This document shows, piece by piece, positions 40,962-51,803 of a stretch of 64,000 bases of DNA (its first letter is position 1; every line of letters begins with the position of its first letter). The DNA comes from an uncultured Gemmataceae bacterium (GTDB taxonomy: Bacteria > Planctomycetota > Planctomycetia > Gemmatales > Gemmataceae). Under the pieces are notes generated by a model. That model searched no databases and was not told the origin of the DNA. It saw nothing but the letters and a program-made list of their open reading frames with translations. The stretch is from assembly GCA_963750165.1 (NCBI GenBank), contig CAVVPN010000003.1, positions 832,001-896,000 on the forward strand, written 5' to 3'. A program made the position numbers and the translations under genes.

Positions 40962-43691
40962 CTACCACGAACTCATGCAGCACCCGCCCCAGTCGCCGCC
41001 CGCGCCGGTCACCAGCGGCAGCGCCCGCCGCGCGAACGGCAGCTTCAGATACTCCGCGCGGTCGTAAATGACCCGACCATCCATGAGCGTGTGCGTCACG
41101 TGGGAGCTGTGCTCGAAGCAGTCGCCGTCGTACAGCACGAGGTCCGCCACCTTGCCGACCTCCAGGCTACCGAAGCGATCGTCAATGCCCAGAATCTTCG
41201 CCGGCCCCAGCGTGATCGCGTGCAGCGCCCGGTCGAAGCCGAGGCCGTTGACCATCGCGATGGCCGCCTCGTAGCGCAGCACGCGCGTCTTGGGCACATA
41301 GCCCTCGAACGCGGTGCTGATCGCCAGCGGAATCTTGTTGTCCGCCAGCGCCGCCGCGGTGCCGAGGTGGCCGTTGAACGTCTCCAGCGAACCGGCCCGC
41401 TGCATCGTCGGATGCAGCAGCACCGGCACCTGCGCCGTCGCAATTTTGTCCGCCACCAAATAACCCTCCGTCGCCAGGCTCAGCATCGGCTTGACCTTGA
41501 ACTCCTGCGCCAGCCGCAGCCCCGTCATCAGGTCGTCGGCCCGGTGAGCGCTGAAGATCAGCGGCAACTTGCCCTGCAGCACCGGCTCCAGCGCTTCCAG
41601 CTTGAGATTGGGCGTCGGCTGCTTGTCGGCGTCCTTCGCGGCCTGCCGTTTCTTCATGTGGGCCCGGGCCTGCGTCAGTGCTGTGCGGACCACGCTGGCA
41701 GTGCCCATGCGCGTGTTCGGCAGCCGGCCCGGATAGGTCGTCTTGGGGATTTCGCCCAGGTTCACCAGCACGGCCGCCGGGAAGCGAATTGCCATCTTCT
41801 CGGCGGTGGTGCCGTAAGTGCGGAAGATGCCCGTCTGGCCGGCGATCACGTTGACGCGCCCCGGCATCGCGTGCAGCACCGTCACGCCCTGCTCGCGCAC
41901 GAACTGCAACAGCGCCTCGTTCGGATTGAAGCTGTCCAGCACACGCAAATCGGCCTGGTTGGGGTCGCTGTGCTCGTCCTGGTCCTGGTCGTGCCGGGCG
42001 GAGTTGAGCGAGCCGGAAATGCCGACCACCGAGTGCGCGTCGATCAACCCTGGCGTCACCACCGCGGCGGTCAGCACCGGTGTCTGCGGCGGCAGCTGGA
42101 ACTTGGCCCGCGGCCCGACCCACTTGATCTTGCCGTTCTCGATCAGGATGGCCGCGTCGGTGATGGTGCCGTTGGCGACGGTGTGGGCGCGGCCGGCGTA
42201 CACGGCCAGGCGCTTCGGCGTGTTCTTCAGCAGCACCGCGTCAGGCGGCGGCAGGGGCGCCTTCACGGGCGGCAGCGGCTTGACCGCGGCGGGTCGCTTC
42301 GGCAGCCGCTTCTCGCTGTTGGCCAGCGCGAAGCCGCCGACCTGATACGTCCAGTCCAGGTGCTGGCTGCGGTCGAACACGCGTGCGCCGTCGATGTATG
42401 TCTCCAGCACCTGGGTGTAGACGCTGAACGGCGCCCCCGACAGCACCACGAAGTCCGCGTCCTTGCCCTGAGCCAGCGAACCGAGGCGGTGGTCCAGGTG
42501 CAGCATCCGTGCGCCGTTGATCGTCAGCGCCTTCAGCGCCTCGTCCTCGGTCATGCCGCCGCGCACTGCGATGGCCCCGGTGCGCAGGAAGAAACGCGAC
42601 TCCGTGATCGAATCGTCCGTGTTGATGGCGACCTTGACGCCAGCCTTCTGCAGGATGGCCGCGTTCTCTTCGAGCAGGCCGAGCACCTCCGGTTTGCCAC
42701 CCGGGCTGTCCACCAATGTCAGCGATACAGCAATGCCCAGCCGGGCCAGCTCCGCCGCGACACGATAGCCCTCCGTCGCGTGCTGCAGCACCAGCTCGAA
42801 GCCGAACTCCAGCGATAGCCGTACCGCCGTCATGATGTCGTCAGCGCGGTGGCAGTGGAAATGCACCGTCCGCCGCCGCTCCAGCGCCTCCACCAGCGGC
42901 TCCAGGTTCAGGTCCACGTCCGGCGGCGTCGCCGGCTTGCCCGCCTTCACCGCGGCGCGGTACGTCTTCCATTTCTGCTGATACGCCTTCGCCAGCTGCA
43001 ACTGCTCGCGCTGCAGCGCGGCGATCTTCATGCGCGTGCCAGGGGCCTTGCCCTTCATGCCGTAGTTCTTGGGGTTCTCGCCGTTGGCGAACTTGATGCC
43101 GCCGAGCACCACCTCCGCCAGTACGCGCATCATCTCGGCCAGGCCGCCGCGCAATTTCACGTAGAGCGTCTGGCCACCAATGGCGTTGCCACTGCCGGGC
43201 ATGATGTTCGCCGTGGTCACGCCGCCGGCCAGCGCCATGCGGATGCCCGGGTCGTCCGGGTTGATCGCATCCAGCGCTCGCAGGCCGGGCTGCACCGGAT
43301 TGGTCATCTCGTTGCCGTCCGCGTTCGCCTGCACCCCTGGCCGGCCGAAAATGGCCACGTGCGAGTGCGTGTCCACCAGGCCCGGGATGATCGTCTTGCC
43401 CGCCAGGTCGCGCACCACCGCGCCCGCCGGCACCTTGATCTTGTCCTGCGGCCCCACCGCGATGATCTTGCCCTTGTGGACGACGAGCACGCCGCGCTCG
43501 ATCACCGGGCCGGCGGCGGTGTGGATGCGAGCGCCGACGTAGGCCACCGGGCGGTCGCCGGCCGGCGGCTGGTCCTGGGCCGCGGGCGCGCGGTCGGGTG
43601 GCGCCGGGTACTGCTGTGCCAGGGCGCAGGTCAGGAGTGTCAGGGTGATGAGCGCGAACGCGCCGTAGCGGCCGAGTCGATGCGCCAGCAT
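40962..43691 (-). CDS. Secreted tandem two-domain amidohydrolase family protein
   Basis: Signal peptide; two modules: 'IIPGLVDTHSH...GSLAQGKDADFVV' and 'VTPGLIDAHS...GSLEVGKVADLVL'. Confidence 0.92.
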   Translation of the reverse strand: MLAHRLGRYGAFALITLTLLTCALAQQYPAPPDRAPAAQDQPPAGDRPVAYVGARIHTAAGPVIERGVLVVHKGKIIAVGPQDKIKVPAGAVVRDLAGKTIIPGLVDTHSHVAIFGRPGVQANADGNEMTNPVQPGLRALDAINPDDPGIRMALAGGVTTANIMPGSGNAIGGQTLYVKLRGGLAEMMRVLAEVVLGGIKFANGENPKNYGMKGKAPGTRMKIAALQREQLQLAKAYQQKWKTYRAAVKAGKPATPPDVDLNLEPLVEALERRRTVHFHCHRADDIMTAVRLSLEFGFELVLQHATEGYRVAAELARLGIAVSLTLVDSPGGKPEVLGLLEENAAILQKAGVKVAINTDDSITESRFFLRTGAIAVRGGMTEDEALKALTINGARMLHLDHRLGSLAQGKDADFVVLSGAPFSVYTQVLETYIDGARVFDRSQHLDWTYQVGGFALANSEKRLPKRPAAVKPLPPVKAPLPPPDAVLLKNTPKRLAVYAGRAHTVANGTITDAAILIENGKIKWVGPRAKFQLPPQTPVLTAAVVTPGLIDAHSVVGISGSLNSARHDQDQDEHSDPNQADLRVLDSFNPNEALLQFVREQGVTVLHAMPGRVNVIAGQTGIFRTYGTTAEKMAIRFPAAVLVNLGEIPKTTYPGRLPNTRMGTASVVRTALTQARAHMKKRQAAKDADKQPTPNLKLEALEPVLQGKLPLIFSAHRADDLMTGLRLAQEFKVKPMLSLATEGYLVADKIATAQVPVLLHPTMQRAGSLETFNGHLGTAAALADNKIPLAISTAFEGYVPKTRVLRYEAAIAMVNGLGFDRALHAITLGPAKILGIDDRFGSLEVGKVADLVLYDGDCFEHSSHVTHTLMDGRVIYDRAEYLKLPFARRALPLVTGAGGDWGGCCMSSW

Positions 43692-43794
43692 GGGGGTCTC
43701 TCCCGGTGGTTGGGGCGGTGTGGTGTGGTTCCCGCGGAACAGCGGGAATGGGGGTAGGGTAGGGCGCGCAGCAGCTTTTGTCTGCCGCCTGGAA

Positions 43795-43824
43795 CGTGGG
43801 GCAGACATTCCTGTCTGCGCCACG
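43795..43824. repeat. REP-like family E (GTGGGGCAGACATTCCTGTCTGC)
   Basis: Related copies at 49428-49489 and 56851-56871. Confidence 0.75.
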
Positions 43825-43827
43825 ACA

Positions 43828-44940
43828 TCAGGTATGAATCGCGTCGAACAGCACAAACGCGAGCGGGCCGAAGACGAGCACCGGCAGCCACGCCGCCAGC
43901 GCCGGCACCAGGTACTCGCGGTCGCCCAGCGTCTTGCAGGCGAACTGCACCGCGAAGAACACCGCACACATGCCGATGCACATGCCGGCGCTGATGAACA
44001 CGTTACGGTTCTGGTCGCGCAGGATCAGCGACAGGCCCAGGAACAACAAAATCATGCCCAGGATCGGTCGCGTCAGCCGGGCGTGGAACACCACCGCCAT
44101 CGGCGCCAGCTTCGCCGCCTCCGGCTTGCCCAGCTCCTGGAACAGCCGCCACGTCGAGGCCAGGTAGAACCACTTGTGGTCGCGCGTCACCACGTCAAAA
44201 TCGACCTCCGTGGTGTGCAGAAAATAACACTCCGGCCCAACCACCTCCAGCCCCTCCGAGCGCGCCGCGGCGTCGAAGGGGTAGACCTTCACGTCGCGCA
44301 GCAGCCAGCCGCCCGTCCGCGCCGGCCGCTCCGGGTTCGCCTCGATATAGTTTGCCTCCTGGGCGTTCAGGAATACCAGTGTGCCGTTGCCCAGCTCGGC
44401 GGGGATGTGGCACGTGAAGTCGCGCACCAGCTGACCGCGCCGCACCGCCTTCTTGCCGGAGATGAAGATGCCGTTTGGCTCATAAGCCCCCTGCACCGGC
44501 AGCTCGCTGTCGCCGTCCGGGTCGTCGTGGCTGCGCAACAGCGCCTCCGCGATGCGCGGGATCACCAGTTCCTGGTTGAGCACGCTCAACGTCATGAACG
44601 CACAGGCGCTGAGCAGCACCGGCAGCAGCACCCGCCGCGTCGAGACGCCCGCCGACAGCAACGGCAACAGTTCGTTGTTGCGCTGCACCCACGCGACCGT
44701 GAACATCGCCGCCAGCAGCACGATCATCTCGCACAGCCGGTCGAAAATCTGCATGATCCGGTAGGCGTAGAATTGCAGGATGTTCAGCATCACCTCGACG
44801 AAGTCGGTCTGCTTCTGGAAGAAGTCGTCGATGTGCGTGAACAGGTCCACGACGACGTACAGCCCGATCAAGCTGATGAAGCAGATCACGTACGATTTGA
44901 CGTAGCTGCGGATCAGCAGGCGATCAATCAGCGTGAACAT
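43828..44940 (-). CDS. LptF/LptG family permease
   Basis: 'LIDRLLIRSY', 'RNNELLPLLSAGVSTRR', 'PALAAWLPVLVFG'. Confidence 0.9.
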   Translation of the reverse strand: MFTLIDRLLIRSYVKSYVICFISLIGLYVVVDLFTHIDDFFQKQTDFVEVMLNILQFYAYRIMQIFDRLCEMIVLLAAMFTVAWVQRNNELLPLLSAGVSTRRVLLPVLLSACAFMTLSVLNQELVIPRIAEALLRSHDDPDGDSELPVQGAYEPNGIFISGKKAVRRGQLVRDFTCHIPAELGNGTLVFLNAQEANYIEANPERPARTGGWLLRDVKVYPFDAAARSEGLEVVGPECYFLHTTEVDFDVVTRDHKWFYLASTWRLFQELGKPEAAKLAPMAVVFHARLTRPILGMILLFLGLSLILRDQNRNVFISAGMCIGMCAVFFAVQFACKTLGDREYLVPALAAWLPVLVFGPLAFVLFDAIHT

Positions 44941-44971
44941 GGCTTGTCCCGGGGGCCTGGGAAGGACGCCG

Positions 44972-45589
44972 TTAGTGCGCCGCGGCGCCGCCGCGCTTGT
45001 AGGTCAGTATGTACTGCACCACGTAATCATTCGCGGAGGTGCAGCCGAACTCGCCGAAGCCGTTCGCCCGCAGTTCGTCCAGCGCCGCCGCAGCACTGTA
45101 GCCCTCGAACTCCATGCGGTACACCGCCGTCATTACACCGGTGCGATGCAGCCCCGCCCGACAGTGGATCAGCACCGGATGGTTCTTCGGGTCGCGCATG
45201 ATCTCCAGAAAGCGGTCGATCGACTGCGGCCGCTCTGCCGGCACCCTGCGGCGCGGCAACAGGTCCGGCGCCAGAAAGACGTAGCGCACGCCGTATTGCT
45301 CGCACAATTCACGCTCCTTGACCCGGATGCCGCCGAGCAAGTGCTGCGGCAAACTGGGGTCCGCGTCCTCGTCTTGCAGGTTGATGACGGTGCGCAGGCC
45401 GTAGCGGTGGATGGCGTCGCGCAGCCCGTCGGCGGTCAGGGCGCCGCTGCGGTAGAGAACGCCCGGCGACACCTCGCGCAGCCGCTTGGCGTGGGCGTAC
45501 ACGCTGCGATAGTGGAACAGGGGGATGCCGAGAATCAGGGCCGCGATCAGCAGGCCGAAGGTCCACCGCAGCCAGACTGGTACTGCCAC
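44972..45589 (-). CDS. Tyrosine/dual-specificity protein phosphatase family
   Basis: CX5R motif 'PVLIHCRAGLHRTG', 'LYRSG', 'TVINL'. Confidence 0.9.
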   Translation of the reverse strand: MAVPVWLRWTFGLLIAALILGIPLFHYRSVYAHAKRLREVSPGVLYRSGALTADGLRDAIHRYGLRTVINLQDEDADPSLPQHLLGGIRVKERELCEQYGVRYVFLAPDLLPRRRVPAERPQSIDRFLEIMRDPKNHPVLIHCRAGLHRTGVMTAVYRMEFEGYSAAAALDELRANGFGEFGCTSANDYVVQYILTYKRGGAAAH

Positions 45590-45701
45590 GCTCCGCACTC
45601 CGTTACGCGCCCGCCCCCAGGGCGGCCTGCTTCCCTGCGACGCGGCGGGATCATGGCACGGCGGCTGGAAAATGGCAAGAGCAGTGTGCGCGGCGAGTGC
45701 C

Positions 45702-45786
45702 GGCGAGCGGCGCGGCATCAGCCCGCCGGTACTGCGAAGCATCGAGAACTGCGCAGTACCGGCGGGCTGACGCCGCGCCGCTCGCC
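45702..45786. repeat. REP-like family A palindrome
   Basis: Same arms as 6198-6265. Confidence 0.9.
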
Positions 45787-45818
45787 CAATTTCAGTGGCA
45801 CACCCAATTTCGAGGACG

Positions 45819-47421
45819 TTACTTCGACTGCCCCACCGGCACCTCAATCGCCTGCAACACCTCGTGCGTGGCGTCGTCTTGCACGAACGCCACCAGGATC
45901 AGGTGGCGGTACGAGGTCGGGTCTTCCAGGTTGACCTTGTCCAGGAACTTCGTCAGCTCCTTGCGCAGGTTCGCCAGGTCATAGGTCAGCGCGTGCTTCG
46001 TCTCCTTCGTCAGCGCCAGCCCGTTGGCTCCGCCCGGCAGCGCCCGCACCACCCGGCTGTGGTACGGCAAGCCGTTGCCGCCCAGGTAGCGCACCCAGTC
46101 CTCGACCAGCACCAGCCGCAGCTTCACCTTCTCGCCCACCTTCTTCAGCCCACCCACCGACGCCTCAATCTTGATCTTGTCGCCCTGCCGCGTGGCGCTG
46201 GCGCTCAACCGCACCGGCGTCACCTCCTTGAGCAGCGGTTCAATCACCCCAAGGTATTGCTTGTACTTTCCCTCCGCGGCGCGCTTGCCGCCGCCGCCGC
46301 CGGCCGCCGCCTTGCCATTGAACAGGATGCTGGGCGTGCCGCCAACGTCGTCGCGGTAGAAATCCTCCCGCGCCTTGCTGTCCGGCGTCGTCAGCGCGTC
46401 CGGCCCCGGGATGTGCAGGTGGTATTGCAGCAGCACCACTTCGCGCGGGCTGAATGTGTGCGCCAGGCCGTCGAAGGCCAGGTCCGCGGCGACGCACGGC
46501 GGGCACTGCGCCCCGGTGAACAGCTCCACCAGCACAATGCGGTTGCCCTTCTTGCGGCCCTTGAACTTCTCCGGCTCGAAGCCCAGGGCCGTCTTCTCGT
46601 ACTCCTGGTGCGCCGCCGCCTCCAGGCCGTCCAGCTCCGCCTTCAGCCTGGTCGCCTCCACCATCTTGCCGGCGGTCCTGTACGCCTTGACCAGGGCCGC
46701 CCCCACCCGCAACTTCACCTGCGCCCCGGCGTCGGCCCCGAGTTCGCTCCTGAGCTTGCGCGAAGTCCACGGCCAGGTCCGAGTACGTCTTCTGGCCCGC
46801 CAGCCGCTCCGCCGTCTGCAGGGCCACATGCTGGTGCCAGGCGGGGCCGTACTTCGCCGCCGACTCCAGGGTCGTCTTGATCCAGTCGGTCAGCTGCGCC
46901 GGCTGCACCTTTTCCTCTGCGGCCTCCTGCACCACCACGTTGAGGGCCTCGAACACCTTCAGGCTGTCCGCGTCCTTCTCCAGAATTTTGCTGGCCAGAT
47001 CAAACGTCATCCGGGGCGACTGGGCCATTGGCAGCTTCAGCTTCTCGTCCTTCGTCACCGTCATCTGCACCGGCAGCAGCCGGCCGCCAACGTCCACGGA
47101 GCCGTACAGCTTCTTGGCGCCCGTCCTGGGCACCATCAGGTGGAAGTGGAAGGGCTCGTTCATGATGTTCAGGGTGACCGTCAACTTCTTGTCCTTGTAT
47201 TCCAGACCTTTCAACTCCGTCTTTGGGAAGCCGTCCGCGGTGGTGAGTTTGCCGTCCAGCTTGCCGTCCTTGTCCGTGACCTTCACCAGCCACGGGGCCA
47301 GTTCCTCGGCCCCCGGGAGCAGGACGTTGATTTTCCAGTTGTTGGCCAACCCGGTGTCGCCAGCCGGGGCCGCCGCGGCGGACCACAGCAGGCCCGCCAG
47401 CACCGCACAGAAGATTCGCAT
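45819..47421 (-). CDS. Secreted protein with C-terminal thioredoxin-like (DUF1223-like) domain; apparent frameshift at ~46760
   Basis: Signal peptide in ORF 46240..47553; 'LVELFTGAQCPPCVAAD...YHLHIPGPD...GTPSILFNG' in ORF 45819..46829. Confidence 0.82.
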
Positions 47422-47558
47422 CGGAGGCACTACCTTTCGAATGAGGGAAATGGTTCGCCACAGGACAGCATTGGTGGTGGATAATTTACAGACGCTCCGC
47501 CGCGCCGCAATATGCGGTCGCCGCGCCCCCGCGGACAATCGTATTCGCCTCATGCCGT

Positions 47559-47574
47559 TGGCACAGAAGTAGCT
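47559..47574 (+). promoter_or_regulatory. Possible sigma-54 promoter
   Basis: TGGCAC-AGAAG-TAGCT (GG-N10-GC), ~170 bp upstream of 47744. Confidence 0.4.
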
Positions 47575-47743
47575 GCGATAATCCTGTCCGTCGGCAAAAA
47601 AACCCGGTTCGGACGAAACCTGGTGCCGCCGGTGGGGTTAAACTGCCAATGGAGTTGATTCCGGAAACGGACGGGGAAACTGCCGGGCCCACCCACTCGG
47701 AACGGGGGGCAGGCGAGAGGTCCAAAGGGGAGCAAGCCGATCC

Positions 47744-49421
47744 ATGAAACCCACCTTGCGATTACTCGCCAACCGCCGCCAGACGGTGCGCTGGGCTGTG
47801 CTGGCCGTGCTCGGCCTGCTGTGCGGCGCCGGTATCTGGCTGACCTCGGATTCGGCCACCGCGCAGAACGCCAAGAAGAAGAAGGACAGGGCCGCGAAAG
47901 TCGAGACCGTCCGCACGATCCCCGGCGCCGGCCAGAAGCTCGGTCCCGCCGCCCTCGCCCAGATCATCGACCAGGAAATCAGCCGCCGACTCAAGGAAGA
48001 GAAGGTGCCCACCTCCGGCAAGACCGACGACGCCGAGTTCTTCCGCCGCGTTTACCTCGATCTCGTCGGCGTCATTCCGCCGGCCGAGAAGGTCAAGGCG
48101 TTCCTGCAGAGCGCGGACGCCAACAAACGCGCCAGGGCGGTTGAGGAATTGCTCGCCGACCCGCGCTACGGCAAGTCCATGGCCGAAATCTGGACCAACG
48201 TCATGGTGCCGCGCGAGTCCAACAACCGCCGGCTCGACGCCTCGCCGTTGCAGCAGTGGATGAGCGCCCAGTTCAACGCGAACAAGCCCTGGGACAAGCT
48301 GGTGTATGAACTCGTCACCGCCAGCGGCCCCATCGACAAGAACGGCGCTGTCACCTACTTCGTCGGCAACCCGACGGTGGACAAGATCACCGACTCGGTG
48401 ACCCGCCTGTTCATGGGCGTCCGCCTGGAGTGCGCCCAGTGCCATAACCATCCGTTCACCACCTACAAGCAGAACGAATACTGGGCGATGGCCGCCTTCT
48501 TCATGAAGGTGCGCATGAACGCCAATCCGCAGCAGGCACAGAAGAAGAACATCACCATTGAGGTCAGCGAGACAGCGTTCGCCGCCAAGAAGAAGAAGAA
48601 GAAGGGCCTACCGGAGTCGGCCAAGATCGTGCCGGCCAGGTTCCTGGAAGGCGAACAGCCCAAGATGAAACCCAATGAGCCGTCCCGCCCCGTCCTGGCC
48701 GCCTGGATGACCTCGGCGAAGAACCCGTATTTCGCGCGGGCCATGGTGAACAAGCTGTGGCACCACTTCTTCGGCCGCGGTCTGGTGAACCCGGTGGACG
48801 ACATGCACGCAGACAACCCGGCGTCGCATCCGGAACTGCTCGGCGCGCTCGCCGAGCAGTTCAAAACACACAACTTTGATGTGAAATACCTGATCCGGGC
48901 CATTGTGCTGAGCGACGCCTACCAGCGCAGCAGCCGCCCGGCCAAGGGCAACGAACTCGACAGTGAGTTGTTCAGCCACATGCCCGTCAAGGTGATGACG
49001 CCCGAGCAGCTGTACGATTCGTGGACGGCGGTGGTCGGCGTCCCGAAGAAGCAGGCCGGCTTCAAGAACAAGGCCGGCAAGAAGGGCGGTGCGGGGGGGC
49101 CGCGAGCAGTTCCTGAATTTCTTCCGCATCGAGGAGGGGGCGAACCCGCTGGAGTATCAGGTGGGCATCCCGCACGCTCTGCGGCTGATGAATTCGCAGC
49201 AGCTGAGCAACAACAGCGCCCTGGTGAACACCGCCGCCACTGCCCCCACGTCCGCCCGGGCCCTGGAATACCTGTATCTGGCGACCGTCTCGCGCATGCC
49301 GACCGCCGAGGAGGTGAATCGCCTGACGGCGTACATCAGCAAGCAGTCCTCGCCACGGACGGCATACAGCGACATCCTCTGGGCGCTGCTGAACTCCGCG
49401 GAGTTCGCGACCAACCACTAA
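47744..49421 (+). CDS. DUF1549/DUF1553 protein; apparent frameshift at ~49100
   Basis: 'FFRRVYLDLVGVIP', 'CAQCHNHP', 'FFGRGLVNPVDD'; C-terminus 'ALRLMNS...DILWALLNSAEFATNH' in another frame. Confidence 0.9.
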
Positions 49422-49427
49422 CGTTTA

Positions 49428-49489
49428 TCCGTGGGGCAGACATTCCTGTCTGCCGGCCCCTCGGCAGGCTGGAAAGCCTGCCCCACGGA
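49428..49489. repeat. REP-like family E doublet
   Basis: CCGTGGGGCAGACATTCCTGTCTGCC...GGCAGGCTGGAAAGCCTGCCCCACGG. Confidence 0.8.
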
Positions 49490-49545
49490 AGAAAAACCTC
49501 CTGCCACCGGAACCTTGCCACCCGCCTCCGAAGGAGTTTGAAGCC

Positions 49546-50838
49546 ATGACGAACGACAATGGCCTGAACCTGTCCCGCCGCGACCTGCTGAAACTGAGCG
49601 CCGCTGGCATCCTGGGCACCTCGATGTCCGGCTGGCTGGGCGTGCTGGCGACCCGCGCCGCGCAGGCGCAGGCCCAGGCCCCCAACCGCGTCCACCACAA
49701 GAAGTGCATTCTACTGTGGATGGACGGCGGCCCCAGCCACAAGGACACCTTTGACCTCAAGCCCGGCACCGCCCAGGGCGGCCCCTATCGCGCCATCGCG
49801 ACGAGCGTGCCCGGCATCCAGATCAGCGAACACTTGCCGCGCGTCGCCCAGCTGATGCAGCACGGCACCATCATCCGCAGCATGAGCACCGGCGAAGGCG
49901 CCCACGGCCGGGCCAAGTATTACCTGCACACCGGCTACAAGGAAGGCGTCGGCGGCCTGGTGTATCCGAGCCTCGGCGCGATCACCGCGTCAGAGATCGG
50001 CAATCCCAACAATCCGCTGCCGAACTTCGTGTCGGTCGGCAACCGCAGCTACGGCGCTGGTTTCCTGGGCGCTCGCCATCAGCCGCTGGTGGTCAACGAC
50101 CCGGTGCGCGGCGTCGAGAACCTGCGGCCGCTGGTCAGCACGCAGCAGTTCAACAACCGGGTGGGGCTGCTGGAGGAGATGGAATCGAGCTTCCACCGAA
50201 CGCATGGCGACGGTGTTGGCAATGCGCACCGCACGACCTATCAGCGGGCAGTCAACCTGCTGCAATCGCGGGAGGCCCAGGCGTTCGACCTGTCGCGCGA
50301 GCCGTCCTCGTCCCGCGCTGCCTACGGCAACACGCGCTTCGGCGATGGCGTGTTGCTGGCCCGCCGGCTGATCGAAACCGGCGTGAGCTTCGTGGAGGTG
50401 ACGCTGGGCGGCTGGGACACGCACCAGAACAACTTCGCGCGTGTCCGCCAACTATCGGCACAGGTGGACCCGGCCATGAGCGCCCTGGTGCGCGACCTGC
50501 ACCAGCGCGGTCTGCTCAACGACACGTTGGTGATCTGGATGGGTGAGTTCGGCCGCACGCCGAACATCAACAATCGTGGCGCCCAGCCCGGCCGCGACCA
50601 CTACCCGCGGGCCTGGAGTTCGGTGATGTTCGGCGGTGGTTTGCCGCACGGCCGCGTCGTTGGCCGCACCGACGCCAACGGCGCCGTGGTGCAGCAACGG
50701 CCCGTCAACACGCTCGACTTCATGGCCAGCGTCTGCCGCATTCTGGGCATCGACCACACCAAGATGAACCAAACGGCCATCGGCCGGCCGGTGCGCATCG
50801 TGGATCGCGGTGGTAACCCGGTGCCCGAACTGTTCTAA
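49546..50838 (+). CDS. DUF1501 family protein (Tat-exported)
   Basis: 'SRRDLLK' Tat motif, 'WMDGGPSHKDTFDLKP', 'GWDTH', 'GEFGRTP', 'GRDH'. Confidence 0.95.
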   Translation: MTNDNGLNLSRRDLLKLSAAGILGTSMSGWLGVLATRAAQAQAQAPNRVHHKKCILLWMDGGPSHKDTFDLKPGTAQGGPYRAIATSVPGIQISEHLPRVAQLMQHGTIIRSMSTGEGAHGRAKYYLHTGYKEGVGGLVYPSLGAITASEIGNPNNPLPNFVSVGNRSYGAGFLGARHQPLVVNDPVRGVENLRPLVSTQQFNNRVGLLEEMESSFHRTHGDGVGNAHRTTYQRAVNLLQSREAQAFDLSREPSSSRAAYGNTRFGDGVLLARRLIETGVSFVEVTLGGWDTHQNNFARVRQLSAQVDPAMSALVRDLHQRGLLNDTLVIWMGEFGRTPNINNRGAQPGRDHYPRAWSSVMFGGGLPHGRVVGRTDANGAVVQQRPVNTLDFMASVCRILGIDHTKMNQTAIGRPVRIVDRGGNPVPELF

Positions 50839-50923
50839 ACTCCAGTGGCAATTCGCCCCGTCGCGCTGCCGGGGCGAACCGGCCCGTGGGACACGCTGCC
50901 TCCCACGGGTCGTTGTGTTTTTT

Positions 50924-50971
50924 AGGGAACAGGGAACAGAAGACAGCGCTGTCTTCTGTTCCCTGTTCCCT
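50924..50971. repeat. Perfect palindrome of 7-bp GGGAACA units
   Basis: AGGGAACAGGGAACAGAAGACAGCGCTGTCTTCTGTTCCCTGTTCCCT. Confidence 0.85.
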
Positions 50972-50992
50972 GTTTTCGAGCTATGGTTTTTA

Positions 50993-51008
50993 TGGCACGC
51001 CAGTTGCT
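50993..51008 (+). promoter_or_regulatory. Sigma-54 promoter
   Basis: TGGCAC-GCCAG-TTGCT, consensus match in an AT-rich intergenic region. Confidence 0.8.
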
Positions 51009-51090
51009 TTTCTTTTTTTGTCGAAGGAACACTTACCGAAACGTGGCAAAATGCCACACTACTCTTGAAGACCTGTAGAAGAAGACTCCG

Positions 51091-51249
51091 ATGCGCAACC
51101 TGAAAAAACCTAGCCGCGGCCCGATCAACGCCAGTCAACAGCAGAGTAATCTCTTCAAAACATCACTGAAGGCCTGGCAGGCCCGCTTCAAGGAGCAGCG
51201 TTCCGGCCAGGGCCCCAGCGCCAGCGCCGACACCCCTGCCGTGAGGTAG
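51091..51249 (+). CDS. Unannotated 52-aa basic small protein
   Basis: ATG 51091 to TAG 51249: MRNLKKPSRGPINASQQQSNLFKTSLKAWQARFKEQRSGQGPSASADTPAVR; ~83 bp downstream of the sigma-54 site and followed by a palindrome. Confidence 0.5.
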   Translation: MRNLKKPSRGPINASQQQSNLFKTSLKAWQARFKEQRSGQGPSASADTPAVR

Positions 51250-51443
51250 AATCGCCTCCTACGGTAGCGTCTTGCGTTTTCTTGAGCCTGAAGCGCGCGC
51301 GGGGCCCGCGCTGGCGCTTCTGGCTCAAACAAGAATCGCCATCCCCTTGTTTGTTCCCCCACACCTGTTACGATGTTAGGCGAATCTCCACAAGCACGGT
51401 TCTGGGAACCGCGGTTCGACCTTTTTCGTGGCAGGTGCCAACC

Positions 51444-51803
51444 ATGAGCGACGACCCGAACGACCGGGACGGCGATCCCTTCCGTCCGCCAGAGATTCCG
51501 ACGGAGGTGTGCTGCCTGCACTGCGGCAAATCCTACGAGAGCTACCTGATCGAGTGGCGCGTGGAGGTCCGGGCAGACGGCGAACAGGGGTTCTGGTGCT
51601 GCCCAACGCCCGGTTGCGACGGCAAGGGTTTTGGCTTCGACCTGCTGCCGACCGACGCCGATTACCACGATGAGTGCGGCGGCTGGAAGTACACCCACGA
51701 CGGCGACGAGGATCTGGAGGAGACCGAGGACGTGTTCGGCGAAGGCGCTGACCCGGAGCCGCCCGGTCGCGACGAGGACAATCCGTATCCGGACGATCTG
51801 TGA
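51444..51803 (+). CDS. Small acidic Cys-rich (zinc-ribbon-like) protein
   Basis: 'CCLHCG' and 'WCCPTPGCDG' pairs, acidic tail. Confidence 0.75.
   Translation: MSDDPNDRDGDPFRPPEIPTEVCCLHCGKSYESYLIEWRVEVRADGEQGFWCCPTPGCDGKGFGFDLLPTDADYHDECGGWKYTHDGDEDLEETEDVFGEGADPEPPGRDEDNPYPDDL

Noticed and set aside
47575..47743. Riboswitch in the leader of the DUF1549 gene
   Set aside because: No recognisable conserved aptamer motif.
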